A stretch of DNA of 64,000 nucleotides from a virus (IMGVR_UViG_3300020576_006967:96001-160000); one strand, 5' to 3'; shown: positions 37,007-47,153, counted from the stretch's first letter. Numbers and translations: made by a program. The notes: generated by a model not told the origin, from the sequence alone.

Positions 37007-37465
37007 ATGTTTGGATTTTTATACAGAGAAATGGAAAGCACAGGGTCTGGAGACCGATTTCCCAAGAGGATTGAAAAATTTAGAAAAGCTGAAAAGCGCT
37101 TTCCAATATTGCAGCACTATTTTTGGTGGTTTACGCATAACTGTATAACTCATCCGTTAATTGGTTTGATTCCAGTAAAGTTATTCTTCCAATTTCATGA
37201 TTGGACAAGCGTAAAGCTAAATGCTGGAGAATCAGCTTTATCAACTCCGCTGGATGATTTGGAAGCCTGTAAGGCTCAAGCTAAAAAAATACATGAAAAG
37301 CTAAAAGAAATAAGCGGTAATGAAGAAGCAGATTCTATTTGGGAAACATTGGTTTTAATTGAAGCTTTAGAGGCAGATATTCGATATAATCAAGATCAAA
37401 AACGTGCTGGCAGATTAAGAAGAGCAACAAGAATAATTTTTAAAGAACAACAAGAGAAAATATGA
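37007..37465 (+). CDS. hypothetical protein
   Basis: WWFTHNCITHPLIG...HDWT. Confidence 0.65.
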   Translation: MFGFLYREMESTGSGDRFPKRIEKFRKAEKRFPILQHYFWWFTHNCITHPLIGLIPVKLFFQFHDWTSVKLNAGESALSTPLDDLEACKAQAKKIHEKLKEISGNEEADSIWETLVLIEALEADIRYNQDQKRAGRLRRATRIIFKEQQEKI

Positions 37466-38232
37466 AAGACGCAATAGGAGATAGAATGAAGGAAGATTTC
37501 GAGGATAGAACTCGAATTTCATTGCCAAGAAGAAGTTACACAATAGCGAGAATTGACGGGAAATCTTTCCATACTTACACCAGAGGTCTTACAAGACCTT
37601 TTGACGACGGATTGATAGAAGATATGGATTTAACAGCTGCGTACCTGTGCAAGAACATTATGGGTGTTAAATTCGCATTTGTACAATCTGATGAAATTTC
37701 TTTGTTACTAACAGATTTTGAAGATATTGGCACACAAGCCTGGTTTGACAATAATTTACAAAAAATGTGTAGCGTTTCAGCTTCTATGGCGACAAGAGCT
37801 TTTAACGAAGCTAGACTTAAAAGGTTTGTAAGTGATAAAGTGTTTTTTACAAAATGGGCCGAGTTCGATAGCAGGTTTTTCCAGATTCCTCAAAAAGCAG
37901 AAGTGTTCAATTATTTCTTGTGGAGACAAAAAGATGCCACCAGAAACAGCATTTCTTCTGTAGCGCAATCGTTGTATAGTCAGAAAGAATTGAATGGAGT
38001 TAACTCTGATCAAAAACAAGAATTAATTTTTCAAAAAGGAATTAATTGGAATGATTATCCTTCTAAATATAAACGTGGGAGAATTATTCTAAAAGAATCT
38101 TACGAAAAAGCTCCAGATATAGATGTTATTAATTCGTCTTCTTCAACTAGGACTAAGTGGATTAGTGTAGATACACCAATATTTACACAAGATAAAGAAT
38201 TTTTGAATAAATTGATCCCAGATAATTTATAA
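37462..38232 (+). CDS. thg1: tRNA(His) guanylyltransferase / Thg1-like 3'-5' polymerase
   Basis: GDRMK, RIDGKSFH, QSDEIS, FDSR, YFLWRQKDATRNS, GINWND.P..YKRG. Confidence 0.92.
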   Translation: MKDAIGDRMKEDFEDRTRISLPRRSYTIARIDGKSFHTYTRGLTRPFDDGLIEDMDLTAAYLCKNIMGVKFAFVQSDEISLLLTDFEDIGTQAWFDNNLQKMCSVSASMATRAFNEARLKRFVSDKVFFTKWAEFDSRFFQIPQKAEVFNYFLWRQKDATRNSISSVAQSLYSQKELNGVNSDQKQELIFQKGINWNDYPSKYKRGRIILKESYEKAPDIDVINSSSSTRTKWISVDTPIFTQDKEFLNKLIPDNL

Positions 38233-38240
38233 AACTCACA

Positions 38241-38447
38241 ATGAAATTGTCAGATAATCAATTGAGCTCGCTTTTTATTTTAAAAGAAGAAAAAAGTCTA
38301 GGTCACAACAATAGCAAGTTAAATAAAAATACTATGAATTCTTTGTATTTTAAAGGGTTAATAAGAAACGTTAATTATGCTAATGGCCCACATTGGGAAA
38401 TGACAGACAAGGGCATAGAGTTTTTAGAAAAAACAAAACGAGTGTGA
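38241..38447 (+). CDS. small winged-helix-like protein
   Basis: LSDNQ...TMNSLYFKGLI...WEMTDKG. Confidence 0.55.
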   Translation: MKLSDNQLSSLFILKEEKSLGHNNSKLNKNTMNSLYFKGLIRNVNYANGPHWEMTDKGIEFLEKTKRV

Positions 38448-38538
38448 TTGATTGGAAAAAGGCAACCAGCAACCGAACTGTTTTTATTTATGTGCCAAAA
38501 ACGCCCGATGTTTAAAAAAAACACACATAATTATATTT

Positions 38539-38898
38539 ATGTTTCGAACTATATTAATTGTACTATTATACCTTTCTTTTTCTGCTAAGTCTCAGATTTT
38601 TAGAACACAAGAGCAGCCAAAAATAAATCAGAATTTCCAGCACACATTTATTAAAAAGCAAAACTTAATCTCTTACAAAGCTTCAAATTTTAAATTTACT
38701 CTTAAAGCAAATTTAAACGGCGGCGCTATACAAAACAGTTTTCAAAACAACTCTATTTCAAATTCAAACCTTGTAGGATATGATTTTAGGACCAAATATT
38801 ACTTAACAAAAAGAGTTCATCTGGTTTTAAAAACCAAGTTTAGTGGAACATCTGCAATTGCTTCTTTTGGAATATATTACATCCTAGAAAAAAAATAA
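38539..38898 (+). CDS. exported hypothetical protein
   Basis: Signal peptide MFRTILIVLLYLSFSAKS-Q. Confidence 0.55.
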   Translation: MFRTILIVLLYLSFSAKSQIFRTQEQPKINQNFQHTFIKKQNLISYKASNFKFTLKANLNGGAIQNSFQNNSISNSNLVGYDFRTKYYLTKRVHLVLKTKFSGTSAIASFGIYYILEKK

Positions 38899-38904
38899 AA
38901 AATC

Positions 38905-38933
38905 TGAAACCTTTTTAATTGTGTTGCGTATAA
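38905..38933 (+). promoter_or_regulatory. ECF-sigma-like phage promoter
   Basis: TGAAAC-N16-CGTATAA. Confidence 0.75.
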
Positions 38934-39133
38934 GTAACAACAACATTGTTTTAAATAATTATGGAAATTTATAAACGAAAGTACACCAACGGCTTGTTGA
39001 TGTTTAGTGTTTTATTTTTTATGATTGCAAATGTTATTGATGGCTTGTTTTATTGGAAAGATGTTGTCTTGGTTTTAACAATACCAGTAACAATATGGTA
39101 TTTTTTGTGTAAATTTGTATTTAAAAAACTAAG

Positions 39134-39523
39134 ATGAAAAACGAAATCGACGAAAAGATATTAGAGCAAAACAAAAAATTTGCTGAATTCATGGGCGGCA
39201 AACCAGTCGGAAACGGTTTTGAATTCTCAACCCCGCCAATTACAACAGATACAAGTAGGTTATTTCACATCGAAGATATTTCTTACCACTCTTCCTGGGA
39301 TTGGCTTATACCTTTGTGGAGCAAATTAATTAATGAACTGCGTGTCGTTGGAATTTTGGTCGAAGAAATGTCTGGCGCTGTTATGTCAAACGACGTTCAA
39401 GGTGCATGGGAAGTTGCCTGTAAGACCATTGGTAAAATCCCACAAAAAGTATGTAAAAACAAAGTCAATGGCAGTTGTCCACTACCTAATGTGCACTGTA
39501 CATTTCCTAAATGTGAAGAATGA
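39134..39523 (+). CDS. hypothetical phage protein with Cys-rich tail
   Basis: NKKFAEFMG...YHSSWDWLIP. Confidence 0.7.
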   Translation: MKNEIDEKILEQNKKFAEFMGGKPVGNGFEFSTPPITTDTSRLFHIEDISYHSSWDWLIPLWSKLINELRVVGILVEEMSGAVMSNDVQGAWEVACKTIGKIPQKVCKNKVNGSCPLPNVHCTFPKCEE

Positions 39524-39692
39524 TGAAACTAAGCAAAGGAAAAAAACTTATTTTTAAAGATAGAGAAGAAATCATTCTAAAGGCTAGCAACAATAGAAGA
39601 ACAGGGTTGGTTTTAACTGATAAGCAAGAGTATTCAACAGATTTTATTTGTCGATGGTTAGAATTTGGTTTTGTTAAATTAGAAAATAAAAA

Positions 39693-40040
39693 ATGAAAAA
39701 AGAAGAAAAATCAATTTGTGATTTTATGTATAATTTTACAAAAAAAAATTGGGATAAAATTGATAAGGAAAGATGCGAGTTGCATAAAATAGGCAAGGAA
39801 ACTTTTTTAAAAGAGGTCAGTGAAAACGTACAAACAGCGCTTTGGGTTTTGACAGAAATTTGTAATTGGGGTATGTATGGCGAAAAATTTCTGGAAGACA
39901 TATGGGTAAAACAAATTGATGAAACTGATTTTCATGTAATTAAAATTGAAGACAAATACATCAAGCTTAAATTCAACGGTTTGAATTATGAAGTTAATTT
40001 TTGCTCACCAAAAACAAAAACAGTAATTTATTTCGATTAA
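39693..40040 (+). CDS. hypothetical protein
   Basis: ORF. Confidence 0.65.
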   Translation: MKKEEKSICDFMYNFTKKNWDKIDKERCELHKIGKETFLKEVSENVQTALWVLTEICNWGMYGEKFLEDIWVKQIDETDFHVIKIEDKYIKLKFNGLNYEVNFCSPKTKTVIYFD

Positions 40041-40051
40041 AACATACAACC

Positions 40052-40339
40052 ATGAACATCAACAAAGAAATAGGAGATAGAGTAAGAACCTATCGCAAAA
40101 AAGCAGGATACTCACAGCAAGACATCGCAGACATGCTTGGCATAACAAGAGTTAATTACGTTAATATGGAAGCTGGTAAGCAGAACTGGCAAACCATTTA
40201 TCTGTACAATGTGTGTAGGGTTTTTAAGTGTAGACCAACCAATATTTTTCCAAAGATTGAATCTATCGAGTTAAAGAGTAAGGTTACCTCAAGAAGAGTT
40301 ACAATTACAAGAAACAAGGAACGTTTCTTTAAAATTTAA
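40052..40339 (+). CDS. XRE-family HTH transcriptional regulator
   Basis: IGDRVRTYRKKAGYSQQDIADMLGITRVNYVNMEAGK. Confidence 0.88.
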   Translation: MNINKEIGDRVRTYRKKAGYSQQDIADMLGITRVNYVNMEAGKQNWQTIYLYNVCRVFKCRPTNIFPKIESIELKSKVTSRRVTITRNKERFFKI

Positions 40340-40348
40340 AAGCCAAAA

Positions 40349-40717
40349 ATGAAAGAGAGTGAAATACATAATAATTTACCACACAAAGAACTAAGAGACT
40401 TTATCTCTTTATCATTGGTTAAAAACTTTCAAAAAGATTGTGATAACCAAAAAGAACGTGTTGGACCCATAAAAGATAATCCAGTAGAATGGGCCATTAA
40501 AGATTGCGAAAGCGAGATCGCCTTTTATCAAAGAAAGTTGGAGTTGCGAAAAGAACTTTTGGCGCTTACGCAAATAATGAAAATGAATAATTGGAGAGAA
40601 TTTGATGTCTCCGATCAAGTTTCTCGTGATTCGGGTTTAAAATTAATTTTAAGTTTTATAGGTACAGAAAAAGAGGCCAATGAACTTGAATTAAAAATAA
40701 GTCATGAAAAAAAATAA
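40349..40717 (+). CDS. hypothetical protein
   Basis: ORF. Confidence 0.65.
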   Translation: MKESEIHNNLPHKELRDFISLSLVKNFQKDCDNQKERVGPIKDNPVEWAIKDCESEIAFYQRKLELRKELLALTQIMKMNNWREFDVSDQVSRDSGLKLILSFIGTEKEANELELKISHEKK

Positions 40718-40896
40718 AAAACTACTTTCAAGATTAAAAGTTTTAAACAAAAAACTTAAAAAATCATTATCCACCAATAAGGAAAATGTAAAGACAATTA
40801 GAGGTCTTAACAAAATATTGGAACGCCAACCAGGCTTGTATTAAAAACTAGACAATTTTCTTGTATATTCCAGAATAATTTCATAATTTAGCAATT

Positions 40897-41127
40897 GTGA
40901 AAAACGGAAGAAAAATATTTATACCTGAACTAAATACTTTTGGTATTGCATTCGACGTACAACTTGTTGTAAAAAACAAAAATGGTAGCGATGGTTTTGC
41001 AGATTGGGTAAAAACTATTGACGTAGAAACATTAGAGCGTCTAAAGAAAACGCAAGTTGAAAACGAAAATTTTATGTCCGCAGATGTAATTTACAAAGAA
41101 CTTGAATCTAGAAAAACAAAAACATGA
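40897..41127 (+). CDS. hypothetical protein
   Basis: GTG start; ATGA coupling to next gene. Confidence 0.5.
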   Translation: MKNGRKIFIPELNTFGIAFDVQLVVKNKNGSDGFADWVKTIDVETLERLKKTQVENENFMSADVIYKELESRKTKT

Positions 41128-41360
41128 AATACCAAACATTAACATTAAACGAAGAAGAAAAATTGCTTGTAAAATTTCTTCTTGAACACACTAAAGATGG
41201 CGGAGCATCACCGCTAAAATATTTTAAAACTCTTGGACCAGACAAAGACAATATTTTAAACACACACGATTTTCTTCTTGGCAAAATAACAAGGAACTTA
41301 GAGTCTAATAAAGAAATTAATAAAGTGCCAGCTTTAAACAAGAAAAAGGCAAAAAAATAA
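41124..41360 (+). CDS. hypothetical protein
   Basis: Coupled ORF. Confidence 0.6.
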   Translation: MKYQTLTLNEEEKLLVKFLLEHTKDGGASPLKYFKTLGPDKDNILNTHDFLLGKITRNLESNKEINKVPALNKKKAKK

Positions 41361-42124
41361 TGAAAAAAATTAGCACATTATATAAAAAAGACCCAAAAGA
41401 TCTTGGTAGAGTTACCAATGAAAAAAACCCTGAAAACTCATGGGTATTTGAAGGTTATGGTGTTGCTACACGTAAGTTTGATGGAACTGCTTGTGTAATT
41501 ATAGATGCAGAAATCTATAAAAGATATGATGCAAAATTGAAGCCTTGTAAAGTTTTTGAAATTGGTGATACCGTGTCAAAACCAAGTAAAAAGCCTTTTA
41601 AAAACGGTGAATTAACTGATGAGATAGTCAGTTTCACGATCAACGAAAATGATCCGAATAAAAGACAAGCCGCAGTATTAAAAAATTCTGATTCTATTGT
41701 ATCTTTAGAAGGCTTACAAGTGGTTGGAAAATTTTTAAACGAGTATTTTAAACCCCTGCCAGAGGGCGCAATCGAATGCCAGGAACCAGATTTAATAACT
41801 GGACACCACCCACATTGGTTAAAGTGCGATAGAGCAAATAGTGAAGATAAATACTTTTTTGAAGGTTTCGATTTATTACAAGACAAAGTTGATGGCACTT
41901 ATGAACTTTGTGGTGATAAAATTAATGGAAACCCAGAGAGAATAAGTGGGCATCAACTTATAAAACATGGTTCTGAAATCGTTCATTTAACAAGCTTAGA
42001 CTTTGATTATCTAAAAGAATTTTTATCTGATGCAAAAAATGATATTGAGGGAATTGTTTTCCATCACAGATCAGATGGTAGAATGTGCAAAATTAGAAAA
42101 AGAGATTTTGAAATTAAAAGATAA
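41360..42124 (+). CDS. RNA ligase-like nucleotidyltransferase (DUF5565/RLIG1-like)
   Basis: Motif I ATRKFDGT, YKRYDAK, GTYELCG.KINGNPE, EGIVFH, KIRKRDF. Confidence 0.8.
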   Translation: MKKISTLYKKDPKDLGRVTNEKNPENSWVFEGYGVATRKFDGTACVIIDAEIYKRYDAKLKPCKVFEIGDTVSKPSKKPFKNGELTDEIVSFTINENDPNKRQAAVLKNSDSIVSLEGLQVVGKFLNEYFKPLPEGAIECQEPDLITGHHPHWLKCDRANSEDKYFFEGFDLLQDKVDGTYELCGDKINGNPERISGHQLIKHGSEIVHLTSLDFDYLKEFLSDAKNDIEGIVFHHRSDGRMCKIRKRDFEIKR

Positions 42125-42134
42125 AGTATATACA

Positions 42135-42338
42135 ATGAAAAAAACAACCAGAACAACACTGTCCTCCAAAATACAGGAAATAAAAAATATTTTTGGAGAA
42201 AGAAGTGTTATAAGGTATTCAGAGTTAAACGGAAAAGATAAAGAACAATATGATGCTTTTATGCACATGGAAAAAGAAAATATGGTAGAAACATATTTTG
42301 AGGGGTATAAGGTTTTTATAAAACGTGTAAGTTTTTAA
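42135..42338 (+). CDS. hypothetical protein
   Basis: ATG start MKKTTRTT. Confidence 0.55.
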   Translation: MKKTTRTTLSSKIQEIKNIFGERSVIRYSELNGKDKEQYDAFMHMEKENMVETYFEGYKVFIKRVSF

Positions 42339-42339
42339 A

Positions 42340-42546
42340 ATGACAATAAGTAACACAAACATATTTACCAAGTTGTTATTTTTCTTATTTGTTAAGCTTC
42401 ACAAGGCTCATTTTGAACAAGAGTGGAATGGTAAAAAAAGATTGACGTTAATTGAGATAAGGGGTTTTAGAACGGCTCTAGTAGATGATTTATCTCAAAG
42501 GGCAATAACAACCTTTTATTGGAAATTTGGTAAATGGTATATTTAA
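42340..42546 (+). CDS. hypothetical protein
   Basis: Packed ORF. Confidence 0.5.
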   Translation: MTISNTNIFTKLLFFLFVKLHKAHFEQEWNGKKRLTLIEIRGFRTALVDDLSQRAITTFYWKFGKWYI

Positions 42547-42558
42547 AGGAGGTATAAA

Positions 42559-42744
42559 ATGGGAGTAACAACAACTGCAGATGAAAAGTTAAGAGATGCC
42601 AGAGAGAAAATAGAAGGCGCTTATAAAGATCTTCTTGAATTTTTAAATGAAGATACATATGGTCACGGAGATTATAAATCAGACTTTATTGATACTGTTC
42701 ACGAGTTAGCTTTAGAATTATTAAAAATTAAAAGAAAATTATAA
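42559..42744 (+). CDS. hypothetical protein
   Basis: Packed ORF. Confidence 0.6.
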   Translation: MGVTTTADEKLRDAREKIEGAYKDLLEFLNEDTYGHGDYKSDFIDTVHELALELLKIKRKL

Positions 42745-43266
42745 ATGTTAGTAGTAGTAGACGTAGAGGCCGATGGGCCGATACCAAATAAATATTCAAT
42801 GGTTAGCTTTGGCGCTGTCATTGTAGAGCCTGGACTTACCAAAACATTCTATGGAAAAGTAAGGCCAATTTCAGAGGAATGGATTCCAGAGGCGCTTAAA
42901 GTTTCTGGAATATCCAGAGAAGAGCACCTTGCGTTTGATGATCCTAAAGAAGTTATGGAAAAATTTGCTACCTGGTTAAAAGAAAACGTTAAAGGTCAAC
43001 CTAAATTAATAAGCGATAACAATGGTTTTGACGCTATGTGGATCACTTATTACTTTCATTACTACCTTGGGCACAACCCATTTGGACATTCTTCAAGAAG
43101 AATTGGAGATTTGTATTGCGGTATGAAGATGGATATTGGGGTTAATAATGAATGGAAGAAGTTAAGACAAACCAAACACACGCACAATCCAGTTGATGAT
43201 GCTAAAGGTAATGCTGAGGCTATTTTAAAAATGAAAGAAATGGGCCTTAAAATGCCAAGTAAATAA
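42745..43266 (+). CDS. DEDDh 3'-5' exonuclease (Rv2179c/RNase AS-like)
   Basis: VDVEADGP, SDNNGFD, NPFGHS, HTHNPVDDA. Confidence 0.85.
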   Translation: MLVVVDVEADGPIPNKYSMVSFGAVIVEPGLTKTFYGKVRPISEEWIPEALKVSGISREEHLAFDDPKEVMEKFATWLKENVKGQPKLISDNNGFDAMWITYYFHYYLGHNPFGHSSRRIGDLYCGMKMDIGVNNEWKKLRQTKHTHNPVDDAKGNAEAILKMKEMGLKMPSK

Positions 43267-43273
43267 CAACTAA

Positions 43274-43516
43274 ATGGGAACCAAGAAAAAAATAATATAC
43301 GAATTTTTATATTGCTCATGTGTGCACGAAAGTTCGTGGGCAACTATGAGTTTGCACAAGACAAAAGAAGGCGCTAAAAAAGCAATGAAAAAACACAAAA
43401 GCGCCGAGCGTAGAAGGTTTAATAAAATTTACGAAGATAGCCCTGAGTTAAAAGAAATTGTAAAATTTGGAGAACACGAAAATTGGTGCATTGGAGAACA
43501 AGAGCTTCTTGATTAA
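43274..43516 (+). CDS. hypothetical protein
   Basis: ORF. Confidence 0.6.
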   Translation: MGTKKKIIYEFLYCSCVHESSWATMSLHKTKEGAKKAMKKHKSAERRRFNKIYEDSPELKEIVKFGEHENWCIGEQELLD

Positions 43517-43623
43517 CTTAATATGCAATATATAAATTATACAACAATTATAAATACACAATACACGTTTAACTACATTTTTGATGCAGGTGGATTTGTG
43601 TGCGGTGTTACTTTAAAGTTTTA

Positions 43624-44094
43624 TTAGCCTAAAGAACAGTTTAATGGCTCTATAACTAACTTTATTTTTTGTAGCTCGCTTGAACCATAATCATTTTCCC
43701 CAAAGGAAACGCTAACAACTTCTTTTACTTTTATTGTCCAGGTTTCTATTGTAATACCAGTAGGGTCTAAGTCTTTTATTGTGAAAATAAATAGTACTTG
43801 TTTGTTTGGGTCTGTTACACCCTTGTTAGAGAATTTGTTTTTTTTATTTTTACAATGATCTATTATTTTAAGTAACCCAACAGAAGGAGATAATTCACCT
43901 GCAACGTCCAACATTTCAATAGATATATGACCCCAGGTATAATTGTTTTTGTCATGATAAGTTAACCTGGGTTTACTTACAGTTTGCACCAAATAAGATT
44001 CTATCCCAAATTCACTAGGAAATTCTAAAATGAATCTATTTTCTCTTTTTGGTTCCAACTCAATAGGAGTTTGTTTAAATTTTGTGTCAGCCAT
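43624..44094 (-). CDS. T4 gp19-like tail tube protein homologue
   Basis: EPKRENRFILEFP...W..ISI...D...PS...LDPTG..IETW. Confidence 0.75.
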   Translation of the reverse strand: MADTKFKQTPIELEPKRENRFILEFPSEFGIESYLVQTVSKPRLTYHDKNNYTWGHISIEMLDVAGELSPSVGLLKIIDHCKNKKNKFSNKGVTDPNKQVLFIFTIKDLDPTGITIETWTIKVKEVVSVSFGENDYGSSELQKIKLVIEPLNCSLG

Positions 44095-44348
44095 AGTTGT
44101 TGTTTTTTTAATAACTAGACCAAAATAAAAAATTGCAAAATTGATAAAAAAATATTACCTTTATTTTTACAAAAAAAACCAAAATGGACAAAGAAAAAAA
44201 AGAGCAGCTATTTAGCCAATACGAAAAATTAAAGGGCGCTGTCCTAAAAACTGTTCAGGAAGACAGTGGATCTATTAAGGAAGATGTTAATGAATTGCTA
44301 GAGCAATTTGGATATGAGTTAAAATTAATAACCGAAGATTCTAAATAA

Positions 44349-45245
44349 ATGGAAAATCCAAAAAGAGCAATTGTAATACAAGGAGGCGGCTCGTTTGGCG
44401 CTTTTACGGTTGGAAGAATATTAAAAAGTCAAAAACAATATGATATGGCAGTGGGTTCTTCTACTGGAGCATTGATAGCGCCTCTGGCTTTAATGCAAGA
44501 ATATGATGTTTTAAAAGATAACTATACCAATGTTGAAAACAAAGACATATATAGCCATTATCCATTCTGGAAAAATGGTGTACCGAAAATTTATATGGCT
44601 CTGTGGGCGTGGATAAGACAAAAAAAAGGTCTTACTGATAGTAAACCATTGAGAGAGTTGATAAGAAAGGCATATACAGAAAAAACACACAACGATATAA
44701 TTCAATGCGGCAAAGAATACTATGTAACAGTATGTGTTTTAAATTCACTTCAAACCGCATCTCAATATGTATGCTCCAGTGATTTTGAAAATAATTACGA
44801 GGAGTTTTGTGATTTAATATGGGCTTCCACATTAATTCCAGGACTGTTTGAGCCTCTTTTAAGAGAGGTTGATGTTAGAGTCAATGTTTTTCCTGGAAAG
44901 ACAGAAAAAAACAGAGTTTTTGCCGAGTTGGTAGATGGAGGAACGGTTGAAAACTTGGGTTTAAAAAAGGCAATTGAATTAAACTGTACAGATATTGATG
45001 TTTATATGCACACGGTTAAAGCAAGTGGTTTTAAAGAAGTTGGAAAGAACTATATCCACAATCTTATTAGGGCTATTGCTATACAAAGACAAGAGGTTAC
45101 TGAAGATGATTTATTTGGCACAAAAATACCAGATGGAACAAATGTGAATTTGCACTATATGCCATTTAAACCAATAGGTGCAAGCATTTATGAATTTGAC
45201 AAAAAAGTAATGACAGACTGGTTCAATAAAGGATATAATTTATAA
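44349..45245 (+). CDS. patatin-like phospholipase
   Basis: GGGSFG, GSSTG (catalytic Ser), DGG (catalytic Asp). Confidence 0.9.
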   Translation: MENPKRAIVIQGGGSFGAFTVGRILKSQKQYDMAVGSSTGALIAPLALMQEYDVLKDNYTNVENKDIYSHYPFWKNGVPKIYMALWAWIRQKKGLTDSKPLRELIRKAYTEKTHNDIIQCGKEYYVTVCVLNSLQTASQYVCSSDFENNYEEFCDLIWASTLIPGLFEPLLREVDVRVNVFPGKTEKNRVFAELVDGGTVENLGLKKAIELNCTDIDVYMHTVKASGFKEVGKNYIHNLIRAIAIQRQEVTEDDLFGTKIPDGTNVNLHYMPFKPIGASIYEFDKKVMTDWFNKGYNL

Positions 45246-45442
45246 TGGAAGTTTTATTTGTAAATGATTGGCTGCTTCTTAGACAGCGTATTTTTGAAGA
45301 AATAAGGTTTTCAAGACTCGATTTACAAGATTATAATTTACCAGAAATGCACATCAGTGGTGAAGGTAATTATTGGAATGTAAATCTAAAACCAAAAGTT
45401 TCAGCAAGGGTTATAAACATAACAATCTTTCCAGATACTTAG
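45245..45442 (+). CDS. small MEVLxVNDW-motif protein
   Basis: MEVLFVNDWLL. Confidence 0.6.
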   Translation: MEVLFVNDWLLLRQRIFEEIRFSRLDLQDYNLPEMHISGEGNYWNVNLKPKVSARVINITIFPDT

Positions 45443-45446
45443 CCAT

Positions 45447-45475
45447 TGAAACCTTTATTATTTAGTTACGTATAA
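45447..45475 (+). promoter_or_regulatory. ECF-sigma-like phage promoter
   Basis: TGAAAC-N16-CGTATAA. Confidence 0.75.
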
Positions 45476-45500
45476 GAGATATGTTTAATAAATACACGAA

Positions 45501-46043
45501 ATGAACACAGAAGAATTAAAATTAAAATACAGTCTACAAAAAATGTATGTTATACTTGTGGATAGTAAAGAATCAAAGTTTAAAGCTGGTGACATAATCA
45601 CAAATGGTAAAGAAACCAAGATAGCCACACATTCAAGTGGTTTTTTAAATTTTAAAAATTGGGGTTACAAAAAACGAGATCTTATTTTCGCCTCACAAAG
45701 TTTCATAAACTTGGGCGAATTATTAATAAAGCCAAATATTGTAGAAGGTAAAATCGTAGACTTTGATGGCAGCGAGATCAAAGAGGCTAACATGTCATAT
45801 TCAGAGGGCCCAGAAGCTCTCAAGGTATTTGCTTCGACTGGGCATGAATATTATAATCTTGCCAAAATAAAACCAGAATTTATAGATTTGTATTTTAAAC
45901 GTGAGGGCGGAATTAAAGTTACAAACGTTGTTGTGCACAGATACACAAAAGATAGATATGCGCCGCAAAAAAATGAAGATGGCACTGTAAACACAAGGCC
46001 AGTTTTTAGAAAATTTAAACGTTTTAAAGGTGGAAAAAAATAA
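45501..46043 (+). CDS. hypothetical protein
   Basis: 180-aa ORF. Confidence 0.7.
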   Translation: MNTEELKLKYSLQKMYVILVDSKESKFKAGDIITNGKETKIATHSSGFLNFKNWGYKKRDLIFASQSFINLGELLIKPNIVEGKIVDFDGSEIKEANMSYSEGPEALKVFASTGHEYYNLAKIKPEFIDLYFKREGGIKVTNVVVHRYTKDRYAPQKNEDGTVNTRPVFRKFKRFKGGKK

Positions 46044-46458
46044 CTACAATTTCATTCCAATACTGGTGCCAACAAATAGACGTGAGGCTCCGATATGTAA
46101 AATGAATAACGGAAAGCTGTGCGCAAACACCAATGCTAGTTCTAGATGGGCTCTATATGATCTATTCATTATATCTGATAGACCGATAACCACAGATTCC
46201 CAATTGGCTTTTTCAGCAACAATGCAAATTGTTAAAATTACTCAAAACACAAGCGCTGATTTTTTAGTAATAGAAGCGTGCACAAATTCAAATTTGAATA
46301 TATTAAATATTGAACAGGACTTCATAAAGTCTTTTATAGACTGCTTTAACAAAAGAAAACCAATTTTTGAAGTCAAATTTATTGTAGTAGAAAATCACAT
46401 AAAAATTACAAAAATAAAGAAAAATGAAAGTAGTTGGTTACGCACAAATAAGTTCTAA
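46030..46458 (+). CDS. hypothetical protein
   Basis: GTG-start ORF. Confidence 0.6.
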   Translation: MEKNNYNFIPILVPTNRREAPICKMNNGKLCANTNASSRWALYDLFIISDRPITTDSQLAFSATMQIVKITQNTSADFLVIEACTNSNLNILNIEQDFIKSFIDCFNKRKPIFEVKFIVVENHIKITKIKKNESSWLRTNKF

Positions 46459-46798
46459 TACCACAACTGGTATGAGCGCAATTCCCATGGAAAGATTTAA
46501 CGGCAAAATTTGTCGTGTGTTTGAATTTGCTTCTGATGGAGGCGTTCTTGTTATTGATTCTCAATGTACTGGTATAGCAACGTTTGATAAAGAAGATGTG
46601 TTAAGAAAATTCGAATGTACATCACAAGGAGATGTGTTAATGCCGAAAGATTTGAATGAGATGGAACAAATTCTTTATATGGGAAAAGTAATGATGAGAA
46701 AAGGTGGATATAATGAACTTTTAAAAAACATGGTAATAGCATCCAGTCTTTCAAAAGGTGAGTTTTATGATGATTTTTTATTTCAAAACCAAGATTAA
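46424..46798 (+). CDS. hypothetical protein
   Basis: ORF. Confidence 0.65.
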   Translation: MKVVGYAQISSNTTTGMSAIPMERFNGKICRVFEFASDGGVLVIDSQCTGIATFDKEDVLRKFECTSQGDVLMPKDLNEMEQILYMGKVMMRKGGYNELLKNMVIASSLSKGEFYDDFLFQNQD

Positions 46799-46808
46799 TA
46801 TGCAGTAA

Positions 46809-47153
46809 ATGAACAAAGAAGATTATGAAAAAGACCTAAAAAAAAGGCAAGAACAACACTTAAAAAACATACAAGGTTTCAGAGAATCTACTTGGCAACC
46901 CTGCTTACACGATAGTTGCTCTTCTTGTCTTGGTACTGGCGTTAAAGAAAACGGTTCAATATGTATACATTTTATAAGCTGCAGTTGTCCAAAATGTTCT
47001 CCGCAATGTTTGGCTAGCAATGCCATGCACACACAAACAATAAGCAACGCCTACAACGATCTTAAAAACAAAGTTGAAATTCCATTTAGGCACAAAAAAG
47101 TTTTAGATTGGGATAAAGTTGAAAGCGTTTGGGACAAATATTTTAAAGGTTAA
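46809..47153 (+). CDS. Cys-rich zinc-binding protein
   Basis: WQPCLHDSCSSCLGTG....CIHFISCSCPKC. Confidence 0.7.
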   Translation: MNKEDYEKDLKKRQEQHLKNIQGFRESTWQPCLHDSCSSCLGTGVKENGSICIHFISCSCPKCSPQCLASNAMHTQTISNAYNDLKNKVEIPFRHKKVLDWDKVESVWDKYFKG

